From Octopus vulgaris (lineage: Eukaryota), in the NCBI GenBank assembly GCA_951406725.2, contig OX597842.1, positions 4,650,001-4,714,000 of the forward strand: 64,000 nucleotides of DNA. The letters run 5' to 3'. The notes under the pieces are model-generated. The model was not told the origin of the DNA and did not search any database. It saw only the letters and a program-made list of their open reading frames with translations. Each line of letters starts with the position of its first letter. The first letter of the stretch is position 1. A program made the position numbers and the translations under genes. Shown in pieces: positions 1 to 10,890 of this stretch.

Positions 1-311
1 ATTGGGAAAATGTGGGTAGAAGGTGATGTGCCAGCAACCCTCTTCCCCTTATTGTAAACAACAACACAAATAACTACGCAGCCATGGTTGAAACAAGAAC
101 AACAAGCATTATTAAAAGACAAAAGAAGCATGGTCATTCCTTACTCAAGTGACCTTATCTTATCACCCGTCACTTGTGTACTCATAAATTAGTTTGATAG
201 CTGAGCTCTGATTGGCTGTAAGCAAATGATTTCATAACTGGGGTCCGGAACTCTCGTGCCAAAAAATATTTCGCGTGCGGCCATGCTGGGTCACCGCCGA
301 TATTTTGAAAG

Positions 312-430
312 ATGCTTATAACACTTAGGTTTCACTTAGTGATCACCCATTTCAGTAGTAACTAGTCTCGACGTTGTATAACTTTCGTGATCAGACGACG
401 ACAATTTTGTTCTGCATCATACATTACACA
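312..430 (-). pseudogene. Degenerate 5S rRNA-derived sequence, copy 1
   Basis: Minus strand reads CGTCTGATCACGAAAGTTATACAACGTCGAGACTAGTTACTACTGAAATGGGTGATCAC, colinear with the metazoan 5S box A / IE / box C region as recalled. Confidence 0.75.
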
Positions 431-729
431 CACACACACACACACACATACTAATAATTGAAACGAGGTAAAGAACAGCAAGCAATCCCACTCAGCAATT
501 TATCCAAAGCGCTAAAGTTTCCTGTCAGCTCGTCAATAACGGTTAAGATACATGGACTCAATTCTGAGGGAGATAACTCGGTGCATAATTAGGGGAAATA
601 ATTAAGGTTAATTTTATTAGAGTTATTTCCCCTAGTTTTTATTTCTTTCTTGTCTTCACTTCTACTTTATCTTTTTTATTTTGAGCTGGAGAGGTGTGCC
701 CATGCTGGGGCACCGCCGTTATTTTCAAA

Positions 730-850
730 AGTGTTTACAGCACTTAGCTTTTTTAAGCGATCATCCATCTGAACACTAACTAGTCTCGATGTTGTTTCCC
801 TGCCTTGATCAGACGACGACTGTTGGATTCCGCGTTATATAATACACGTC
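730..850 (-). pseudogene. Degenerate 5S rRNA-derived sequence, copy 2
   Basis: Minus strand CGTCTGATCAAGG...CAACATCGAGACTAGTTAGTGTTCAGATGGATGATCGC...GTGCTGTAAACACTTTT; aligns with copy 1. Confidence 0.7.
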
Positions 851-852
851 AT

Positions 853-1266
853 ACATTTCGTCTGCTACGTTCTGAGTTCAAATTCTGCCGAAGTCGACTT
901 TGCCTTTCATCCTTTCGGGGTCGATAAATTAAGTACCAGTTACGCACTGGGGTCGATGTAATCGACTTAATCCCTTTGTCTGTCCTTGTTTGTCCTCTCT
1001 GTGTTTAGCCCCTTGTGGGTAGTAAAGAAATTGGATTTTGTTTGCCGCTAAGTTCTGAGTTCAAATTCCGCCGAGGTCGACTTTGCCTTTCATCCTTTCG
1101 GGGTCGATAAATTAAGTACCAGTTACGCACTGGGGTCAATATAATCGACTTAATCCGTTTGTCTGTCCTTGTTTGTCCCCTCTGTGCTTAGCCCCTTGTG
1201 GGTAGTAAAGAAATAGGATTTTGTCTGCCGCTAAGTTCTGAGTTCAATTTCCGCCGAGGTCGACTT
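853..1266 (+). repeat. SINE-derived tandem repeat, 183-bp unit, ~2.2 copies
   Basis: ttctgagttcaa starts at 870, 1053 and 1236; unit carries the gtcgactttgcctttcatcctttcggggtcgat core shared with dispersed SINEs in the window. Confidence 0.85.
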
Positions 1267-2749
1267 CTCCTCCTCCTGTTTTTCCTCCATCTGGTGTAGC
1301 CGTTGGTGCCAAAACAATTTTTTCTTTCACAATATAGTGACTTTCATCAAAAATGTCGTTTGAATACCGTTGTTTAAATTGTTCGAAGAGTTCATTATCG
1401 ATTCTTGCTAATCGCAAGTGCGCCGGTTTTCCTTCGATAGGTCCAATCACAGTACATTTCATCCGTATTATCAAACTGTGTAACATTTCATTTTTTGTGT
1501 TATAGGAGACAATTTCTTCTCCTTGTATATGTTTATGCGAAGGGTTGTGTGTCGGTTTCGCTTTCGAAGTGGACGGGGGTATTTTTTTTTCTGTGTGTGT
1601 GTGTTTTGCAATGATTCTTTACGTTTTCTTGTAAGGGGGAGGTGAGTCAGAGCCAAGGGGTTTTTTCCTTTTATGAGTCACTACTGTATAATCCATTTCT
1701 TCACTTGAAGTTCCTTTCTCTTTTTCTGTTATATTTTCTGTTGGTTTATCTTTCTCTTGCCTTTTCCTGGTTTTACTTATTTCTTCTATCGGTTTGGTTT
1801 TTTCGTATTTCACCTTTTCCTCTTGTTGGTCTGTTTCCAGTTGGGGAGGGACCTCTGCTTTCTTTTGCGTCGACTTTTTTATCTTCTCGCATTCGGAGCG
1901 GACGTGGCCCTTCTCACCGTATTGAAAACATCTGAGCCGCTGTCCCTCCACCGACTCTCTCGCGCTCAGTCCGTCCCCTATGACAATCCTGTCTGGCCTG
2001 GATTCAAGCGTTCCATTCGAAGCTTGAACCAATAATTCTAATGCCTGGCCCCTCCAGTTAATTGCCTCTCTTGGAGAGAATATTCATCTCCTCCTCTGCT
2101 GCAAACCAATACACATCGAACCCGGACGGAATTTCCTCAACTGTTATTTTCGCGGTTCTCCGGCCGAGATACGTTGGTAATAACAAAATGTCGTCGGTTT
2201 TCAATGTCTGTGTGCACATTTCTTTAGCTACTTCGGCGCTTTCAAATTGCGCCTCTATTGTTGCAATGCGTGGGCCTTTACCGACATACTTTATTTTTCC
2301 CCAAATGGGAGCGAGACATTTTTCAATTAATTCGGTTTTCAATGCCATAATGCGTTTCTCCTTTCTGTTGTAAGTTTTGTAAACAACCGTTCTCACTGCA
2401 AGATTTTGAATTATATCTTTGGGTGGAACAAGCCTGGTTTCGTTTCCGCTTCGTTTTATTAAATTTCTGTATATAAACAGGGTTTTTTGAAACTTCTAAA
2501 TCAACGAATTGACCGCCAACGACTTTATTTCCTTCAGGGTTAACCTGTTCCGAACAATTATTTTCTTCCTGCATGGAGATTTGGTTAGTCGAACCCTGCA
2601 TGGGTCGCCTTCACAGCGTCGTCTACAATACGAGAGAAATAGTTTTAAAGGGCAGGTAAACCATAATTCCTTGAAAATAAATTGTCTCCCTTAGAACACA
2701 ACTTCCATTGTGCGTGTGTGTCGCAATTTCTCCGCGAATCGTACTTGTT
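1267..2749 (-). mobile_element. 5' portion of non-LTR retrotransposon: disrupted ORF1 with degenerate zinc knuckle
   Basis: Frameshifted ORFs 2323-2601, 2058-2396 and 1619-2032; RCFQYGEKGHVRSEC is CX2CX4HX4C with one Cys lost; basic tail; no ORF2 follows. Confidence 0.6.
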
Positions 2750-3221
2750 CCAGTCATTAAGTTGCGGCCATGCTAGAGCAGCGACTTTGAAGATTCTCCG
2801 TCAAATGAATCGACCACAGTACGTTTATTTTTAAACCTGGTATTTGTTCTCTCTTTCTATTTTGCTGAAACGCTAAATTACGGAGAGGTAAACAAACCAA
2901 CGCTGGTGTTTTCAGGCAGTGGGGGGGGACAAACACACAGGTGTGTGTGTATATATATATGCATATATACATACATATATGTACGCGTAGACGAAACAGG
3001 GACAACTGAAGAAGGGGAATGTTCCTTGTGTTGCATGTCTTGTACTCTGTTCTTTCGTTGCTTGAAAAAAAGTTTGTTTCCATGTTTTTGTTATGTTTTC
3101 GTTTCTCATTGTGTTCAACGTTTTTTTTTTTATGTCCTGTATGTATATATGCATGTATATATACATATATGCATGTATGTATACATATAGATGTAGGTAT
3201 GTACATATATGTATGTAATTA

Positions 3222-3742
3222 CTAGCAGTATCGCCCGGCGTTGCTCGAGTTTGTAAGGGAAATAACTATATAAGCATTTTTAGAGAGTTACTTCCCTTAT
3301 AGATGCCAATTCGGGCTTTCTTAGCCATTTCTGTTTTGGTGTCTTCAAGCCATGAAGTCGTTGTTCTAAAAGAACGCTGGTCTCCTTGACAACGCTTTAC
3401 GACGTTGATTTCCTTACACTCCCTTCCCCACAGCTTCACGAGGGAGGGAAGAGGGAGGGAAGAGGGAGAAGCAAACAGGTGCAGGTGTGACCATGGACGC
3501 CAACTCCGCCGCCATCGACACACGAAAAATTATGCATTAAAATGGAATAAAAAATGATGTTAAATTATTTTTTAAATCGTAGACTCATCGTAGACGCGCG
3601 CTAATAGCCAGACGGGCTCGATATGAATCACGACTATAAGATACCCGAATTTGGTTAAACTGCACCGCAAAATGTGGGAGTAGTTAGGAATCTAAATCGA
3701 AGGGGACAGACACTCACACAACTACAGTTTTATATATATAGA
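3222..3742 (-). mobile_element. Non-autonomous Helitron
   Basis: Minus-strand 5'-TC start, subterminal GC-rich hairpin, 3'-CTAG end, inserted between A and T, no TSD; homologous copy at 16609-17002. Confidence 0.85.
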
Positions 3743-3788
3743 TATGATCGAACGCCACGCGTACTTTTCCAAGTATATATATCCATAC

Positions 3789-4579
3789 GTTCTTCGTGCC
3801 GTTTATAGATTATGAGAAGGCCTTCGATAGCGTCGAAACCAACGCAGTGCTGAACTCGCTGCAGAGGCAAGGAATCGAAGCACAATATGTGCAGCTGCTC
3901 AGAGAGGCAAATTCCGGATGCACCACCGACATAGCTCTACTGTCATCACCCATACGAGTGCCGGTCGAGAAGGGAGTGAAGCAAGGAGATACAATCTCCC
4001 CAAAACTTTTCACTGCATGTCTCGAAGAGATCATCAGAGGCAGATGTAAGGGCCGGATGGCAGGCGTTTAATGGCATAAGGGATGTGCTCAAGGGAAGGT
4101 TGGACAGGACAACCCACGCCAACCTCATTAACAGTGCAGTTCTGCCTGCAATGTTGTATGGTAGTGAAACATGGGCTACCACAAAGAGAGAAGAGCAGAG
4201 ACTGGTAACGGCTCAAAGAGCCATGAAAAGGTTAATGCTTGGTATCTCGTTGAGAGAGCACATAAATAGTAAAATCATCAGAAAGAAGTCCGGCGTGAGA
4301 GATGTCATCGCAGAGTATACACGCAGCAAGTATAGATGGGCTGGACACGTCACCCGGCTCACTGATAATCGGTGGACGCACGCAGTTGTCGAGTGGTACC
4401 CGCGTGAGCGGAAAAGACCACCCGGAACACCTCCACAAAGGTGGAGTGACGATTTCAAGAGTACGATTGGGGATCACGTGGATGAGAAAGGCGCGATCCA
4501 GAGAGGAGTGGACAGCGTGCTGTGACCAGCGGTGTCAAATGGACGCCTGACGGACTGGTCGGTCAAAGTGATCAAAGTG
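3789..4579 (+). mobile_element. 5'-truncated, internally deleted RTE-clade LINE with 12-bp TSD
   Basis: FIDYEKAFDSV, GVKQGDTISPKLF, LYGSETW, RWAGHV motifs; tcaaagtga tail repeats; atatatccatac at 3777-3788 and 4580-4591. Confidence 0.9.
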
Positions 4580-5629
4580 ATATATCCATACACGGACATA
4601 TGATGGGCTTTTCTTTTCCATCTGCTAAATCCATTCACAAAGCTTTGGTCGTCCCAAGGCTATTGTAGAAGACACTTGCCCAAGGTGTCCCACAGTGGGA
4701 TTGAACCCAGAACCATGTGGTTGGGAAGCAAGCTTCTTACTCCAAGGCTTAATGATCAAACAAAACAGTATGGGTTGCCTCTGTGCATTGCTTTTGTCAA
4801 CTATGAAAAGTTCTGGGCCCTAAAAATGAACAGCATGAAATCCAAATATGTGGTCCAAAGACAGCACAAAGATGAAAAGCAGAGGGAGTAATGAAATCGG
4901 GGAAGTAGAGGGTTTGTTGGACACAGCGTGAGACGACTGTTGTTATCGCTAGGCCTAACTCATCGTAAAGTCAATACCACCATGACTGATATCCAATCTA
5001 CAGTGGAGAAGGCTAGCCACTGGATTTGGTTAAAAAGAGACGATGAGCGATGGCTAGAAGGATATTGAGTTTAACTTCATAACCAGCTGATCTAGCAAGT
5101 GGGGCCTCATATCAGTGAGGGGGGCCGGTGCGCATTGATGCCGTCGAGAGGTAGGACACGAAACGGCGCGCATTCTCTCCTGATGACCCCATACACTTGC
5201 TGGCTTCCGGTATACGGAGCTTTTGACTGGTAGCACTTGCATGTGCAAGTTGTTTGCAAGACATGCACTGAGACATGGATATTGGAATCACAGGAACAAG
5301 GGTGAAATGTGTTTAGCTTGATAAAAGTTGTGCTTAAAGCAAATCTGCAGAAGACTCCAGTTTCTTCAATGGCACCATCTAGTAACATCAATCCAATATC
5401 ACTGGTACTTTATTTTACCAAGGATGAAAGGTAAAGTTAGTGTTAGTCTTCTTTTGTAATCCCATTTGCATCTCAGATATTTTATAAGGATATTAAATCT
5501 ACCTCAGAAGGATAAAAGATGAAGTCAACCTTAGAGAGATTTCAACATGAATTGTTGAAGGATATAAAATACCTTGTGGTATTTTAAACCAATTCCGGTA
5601 ATTCTGTTATCTATTGACATGTTAAAAAA

Positions 5630-5692
5630 AACCACCACCAGTTTCACCAAAAATACAACAACACAAGACAGTTTAACTAATTCAACTTTATT
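5630..5692 (-). promoter_or_regulatory. Candidate polyadenylation signal with GU/U-rich downstream element for USP19
   Basis: Minus-strand AATAAA at 5687-5692, followed about 20 nt later by TGTCTTGTGTTGTTGTATTTTTGGTG. Would imply a ~4.2 kb 3' UTR. Confidence 0.45.
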
Positions 5693-5931
5693 TTAAACCA
5701 GAAAAGTATTAATAATAATGATGTTAATAATAATAATGTTCTAATGTTGGTTGTTTTGCAGACATAAACAATAACGTGATGATAAGGTGCACTGAATATC
5801 ATGGAAAGGGCTGAAGGGGTCATGTCCTCAACAGATTTGATGGAGACGATGGGGAGGGATAAATAAATAGAGGGAAGAGAGAAAGAAGACAAAGGAGAGA
5901 GAGAGAGTGAAGAACTAACCAATATATATAC

Positions 5932-6622
5932 TAGGGTACTATGTAAGCACCTGCTTCACTAAAAATAGAAGTCAAAATACTTTTAAGTCACAGAAGAATC
6001 ACAAAATTAATACAGGCATGATAGGAAAAAATTCCAGTGAACAAGAACAGCGTCCTACCTCTGCAAGAGGAATCCTGTGTAATTTGATGTCATGATTTCG
6101 AATTTAGCACCAAAGGTGCCTGAATCTCCTGTCTAATCTGCCAGGGACGGCTACAAGAATTTTACCCTACTATGCCCGTAAATGCATTTGAATGGTCAAA
6201 TACCGTGAAATTTTTTATAAATAAATATAAGAATGATAATATTTATATTGATAATTTAATAAATTAATAATTTGCCTACATGGCTGTATGCTTGTGGCCA
6301 CTAAATATTTTTAGAAATATTGTTGTTCTTATATTTATTTATAAATAATTTCACACAATTCATTTGTTTCAAGCAAGAGGCAAATTCTCGTAGCCATCCA
6401 TGGCAGCAGATCTGAGTGAGGAGATTCAGACATATTTGGCTCTAAATTCAAAAACATGACATCAAATTAATCAACATTCCTCTTGTATCCTTGGCAGAGG
6501 TAGAATGTTATTCTTGTTCATTAGAATTCTTTCCTATCATTCCTGTATTTTGTGATTGTTCTGTGGCTTAGAAGTATTTTGACTTCTATATTTTGCAAAG
6601 CAGTTGCTTATGTAGTACCCTA
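5932..6622. mobile_element. Foldback / MITE-like element with long imperfect inverted arms
   Basis: tagggtactatgtaagcacctgctt mirrored by aagcagttgcttatgtagtacccta; arms pair over roughly 300 bp. Confidence 0.85.
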
Positions 6623-6740
6623 ATATATACATACAATTTATATATATATATGTGTGTTATATATATTTTATTAATTTGCCTATACGGCTGTACGCTCGTG
6701 GCCACCAACAAAATAATTTTTAGAAATATTATCATTCTTG

Positions 6741-6779
<39 letters not shown>

Positions 6780-7315
6780 ATGTGAAAGAGACAGACATAG
6801 ATGTAAACACAAACACACGCACATACATGAAAAGAGAGGCAGTTTTAAAGGCAGTGCTCCAGCATGGCCTTAGTAGTTCATGGATAAAACTAAAGAAACC
6901 AAAAGATAGACAGGGCTTGCTCTGTATACTTGTATATGTCACATACCATGACTGCAACATATGTGAGTGTGTAAACAAATATACACACACAAACATGTAT
7001 ATAGTTCAAATTTTTAGAAAAATAAAAGATGAAGACAGGTGTAGGAACAACAAGCAAGTGTATTAGTTTGACACCCAAGGAAAATGGCAAAGTCTTTTAT
7101 GTTTTGAGCCTATGCTCTTTGACAGAAAGGAACAAGAGGAAATAAATGCAGGGAGAAGTGAATCACTGAGCCCTAACAGGGTTCAGTGGTTCAACATGGC
7201 ATATATATATATATATATATAGACATATATATATATAGACATACAGGGCTCAATGTGTATACTTGTAAAAGTCACATACCATGAATACAACATACGCGAG
7301 TGTGTAAACATAACT

Positions 7316-7359
<44 letters not shown>

Positions 7360-8116
7360 TTATATATACACATACATATGTAAACATACATATACAAGCT
7401 CATACTTATGTAAACACACATATACATACATTATATATACATACATGTAGGCACACATGTAATTGGTTTTCAGCTGGAGAACTTGAAGTTTTTAAGGGTA
7501 TAAATAATAATGATAATCCTTTCTACTATAGGCGCAAGGCCTGAAATTGATTTCATTGACCCCAGTGTGTAACTAATACTTATTTAAACGACCCTGAAAG
7601 GATGAAAGGCAAAGCTGACCTCAACGGAATTTGAACTCAGAACGTAGCAGCAGACAAAATACTGCTATGCATTTCACCCGGGGCACTAATGTATTCTGCT
7701 AGCTTACCACCTTAATAATAATAATAATAATGGTTTCAATTTTTGGGACAGGACCAGCAGCTTTTGAGGGAAAGGGAAAGTTGATTACATCGACCCCAGT
7801 AATCAACTGATACTTATTTTATTGACCCCGAGAGAAACAATGGCAAAATCAACCACAGTGAATTTTGAACTCAAAGTGCAAAGATAAATCAAGGGCTGAC
7901 CACAACTTCTATAAAGAAGTATACAGCATATGCAGTTTCAAGCACCATGGGCAGCCTTCAACTGCTGTTTTCTATCCAAGGGGCTTTTCAACCTGTTATT
8001 TACAGGCTATTGTCTATAGTTTTATCTACTTTGAGTTCTGCAGTTACAAACGAATTATTTCATGTTCTCTCAAAGTTTCTAAATTCTTACTTACACACCC
8101 ACTACACACACACACA

Positions 8117-8956
8117 CAGAGGGTGTATGGAAAGTAACTAGGCATTAGAAATTGCTTGTAGAATTTTTAGTATCACTGAAGTCATGACGATAACATTTTC
8201 TAAACAGGCAACACTAATGGGGATTTCTTATCTTCTTGTCTTATTTTCCAGATGGTCAGTTGCTTGACCGTTCAGGAGTGAGCTAAGATAGCAGCACATT
8301 ATGAAGTGTAGAATTTCATTGTTTCGGTTCAAAGATGGTGGCATGCATGGAAAGGTAAACATGCAACACTATGTCTGGGGACGATAAAAAACTGTTAAGC
8401 AAAGCTGATGACCACAGGGTGTTTGAACGATGCAAGAAGAAGTGGCCGTCCAACTACATCCCAATCAGCGGAGAATGTGGCAACAGTGCAGGAAATGTTT
8501 AATGACATCCTGCAAAAATCAACATGTCAAGCAGCTCGTGGAAGGGGACTAACAAGACATTCAATACATATGGTGTTGCATGAAAAATTGAATCTTTGTC
8601 CATGGAAAGTCCATTTCATGCAGACTGTGAAGACTGTGACCTCAGAAGTCCCGATCTCACTCCATGTGATTTTTACCTGTGGGGTTACACAAAAGAGGTG
8701 TACAAGACAAAACCTCACACACTTGAGGACTTGGAGACACGGATTCAGGAGGTTCTCAATGATATCCCAGATGATGTCCTTCAGAAGGTCGTTCATTCCA
8801 TCCCTGGGGCCATTTGAGGTGCTTATGTTGAAATATGAAGATTTACTTTCATTTTCCCATGTAATAAAGAACATGTATCATTTGTTTCAATAAATTTGGA
8901 AAAGGAATATGGATATAATTACCAATTTTTAATGCCTACTTACTTTTCACCCACAC

Positions 8957-8958
<2 letters not shown>
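8117..8958 (+). mobile_element. Decayed Tc1/mariner-superfamily transposon with internal deletion
   Basis: TIRs cagagggtgtatggaaagtaactaggcattagaaattg / caatttttaatgcctacttacttttcacccacactg; RSGRP and SPDLTPCDFYLWGY motifs. Confidence 0.85.
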
Positions 8959-9024
<66 letters not shown>

Positions 9025-9501
9025 TACATACACAAATGCAAATATAAGCGAACATATACATTGCTTGCTCCCTCACCTGTTTTCGTCTTTCCTCTTTTGC
9101 AAATCTGAAGATATATATATATATATATATATAAACATACATATATATATATATATATATATATGGAGAGAGAGAGAGAGAGACATGGACATATATACAT
9201 ATAGCAATACATATATATATGCACACATACATTACATATATACATGCACACACAGAGGCACATATACACAGACATAAACATCAACAATAACAAAAACAAC
9301 ATGAATATGAAAAACACAAAAAAGTGTAGAAAAGTTATTTTTTTTCTTTGTCTTCTTTTTTTAATGTTTTTTAAAAGAAAATCCAGAGAAATGATGGCAG
9401 GGAGGAGTTATGTACATGTATGTATATTGGTTGGTGGGTGTATATTTTTACGTGTTGTAATGTGTCAAGGGTACAAAAACCATGTGTAAAATGTAAACTA
9501 A

Positions 9502-9539
<38 letters not shown>

Positions 9540-9867
9540 GATACATGTGTATGTATGTGTGGTGTATACATATTATTGCATATATATTTAAAGGGTGGTG
9601 TATGCATTTGTTAGCTTGAGTATATATATGTATGTGTATATATCTGTGCGTGTGTATCTATGTATACACGTACACTCACACACACACACATACCAATGTA
9701 TCAGACAGGTGCTACGTGTGTGTGTTTATATAAATTGTGTGTGATGAGTGTATATATTTATATATACAAAAGTTTTAAAACACTGCCTAATCTGTGAAAA
9801 TTTTACAACTGAAAGCAGACCAACAGCTTTTCTCCCTCTCTGGGGCACCATGTCCAACATTCCCTGC

Positions 9868-10334
9868 TTAGTCAACAGCATCCATGTCAGTGTAAGGGAG
9901 GCTGGTGCAGTTGTACCGATTGTCCAAGGGAGGGGGAAAACTGTCGTCATCAACAATGACGTCGCTGGTAGCCGAGTGACTCCAGTTCAAGGTAGCATTG
10001 CCAACAGCTAGTTTCCTTTCAGATACATCAGTGCTGAGTTGTAACTCAGGCATCTCCTCTGTCTTCATGGCCGAGCACGGGCCTTCAGGCACTGTCTTGG
10101 TGTTGGTCGCCGTTGTCAGTGCAGTCGATGGTGTGGCATTGGTCTTGTTCAGGGGGCACCCCCCAATGACGCCACTGGCAGCGCTGCTGACCGCATCTGA
10201 CATGATACCGGCCAGTTCCGACTCAGACATTGGAGGTGCATCGTGGCGTCTATAGAAGAGGAGGTAGGCCAGTCGGGTGACAACATTTTTCTCCACCACA
10301 GGTACTACGTGACTATCATCACAAAAGCGCCAAT
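9868..10334 (-). CDS. USP19: USP19 terminal coding exon
   Basis: WRFCDDSHV...AYLLFYRR...PYTDMDAVD then TAA; ttttgcag acceptor. Confidence 0.93.
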
Positions 10335-10633
10335 CTGCAAAAACAATAAAATAATAATAATCCTTTCTACTATAGGCACAAGGCCTGAAATTTTTTCGTG
10401 GGGGGACTAGTCAATTACACTGACCCTAGCATTTCACTGGCACTTAATTTATCAACCCTAAAAGGATGAAAGGCAAAGTCGACCTTGGCGGAATTTGAAC
10501 TCAGAACATAGTTAAACATATTGCCTGGGATGCTAACGATTCTGCATGAAAATGATGATGATGATGATGAAAATATTATTATAGGAAAATATTAGATTTA
10601 TAAGCCCTAAAATTCACTCCATAATTGCCCATA

Positions 10634-10890
10634 GGCATATGTCATAGTGGTTAAGAGTGTGGGCTACTATCCCCAAGATTCCGAGTTCGATTCCAAGCAG
10701 TGACCTAAATAATAATAATAGTAATAGTAATAATAAAACAACATAGAAAAATACATTAGGAATGAGAGCCCAGGTTCGAAATTTCCCCAAGACACCTGAT
10801 GAAGGCTGGAGGGTATATCAGCTGAAACGTTGTATTAACAACAAACAAGATGAGGACAGATATCCATCAAATGTAAATAATGTAAACAAA
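10634..10890 (+). mobile_element. tRNA-headed SINE-like element with hammerhead-like motif in its 3' part
   Basis: A box tagtggttaagag, B box gttcgattcc, then (taa)n linker and CTGATGA-stem-GAAACGTT at 10796-10831. Confidence 0.65.

Larger units (their letters stand above)
2750..4742 (-). mobile_element. tRNA-derived SINE split by nested insertions
   Basis: Tail half at 2750-2940 (cagtcatt...gcggccatgct) and head half at ~4600-4742 (ccatgtggttgggaagcaagcttcttac) match the two halves of contiguous copies elsewhere, e.g. 54262-54620. Confidence 0.7.

Noticed and set aside
312-850. Functional 5S rRNA genes
   Set aside because: Both copies are heavily diverged from 5S and from each other, with eroded 5' ends; reported as derived sequences instead.
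10634-10705. Functional tRNA gene
   Set aside because: A and B boxes are present but the acceptor stem does not pair well; it fits a SINE head.
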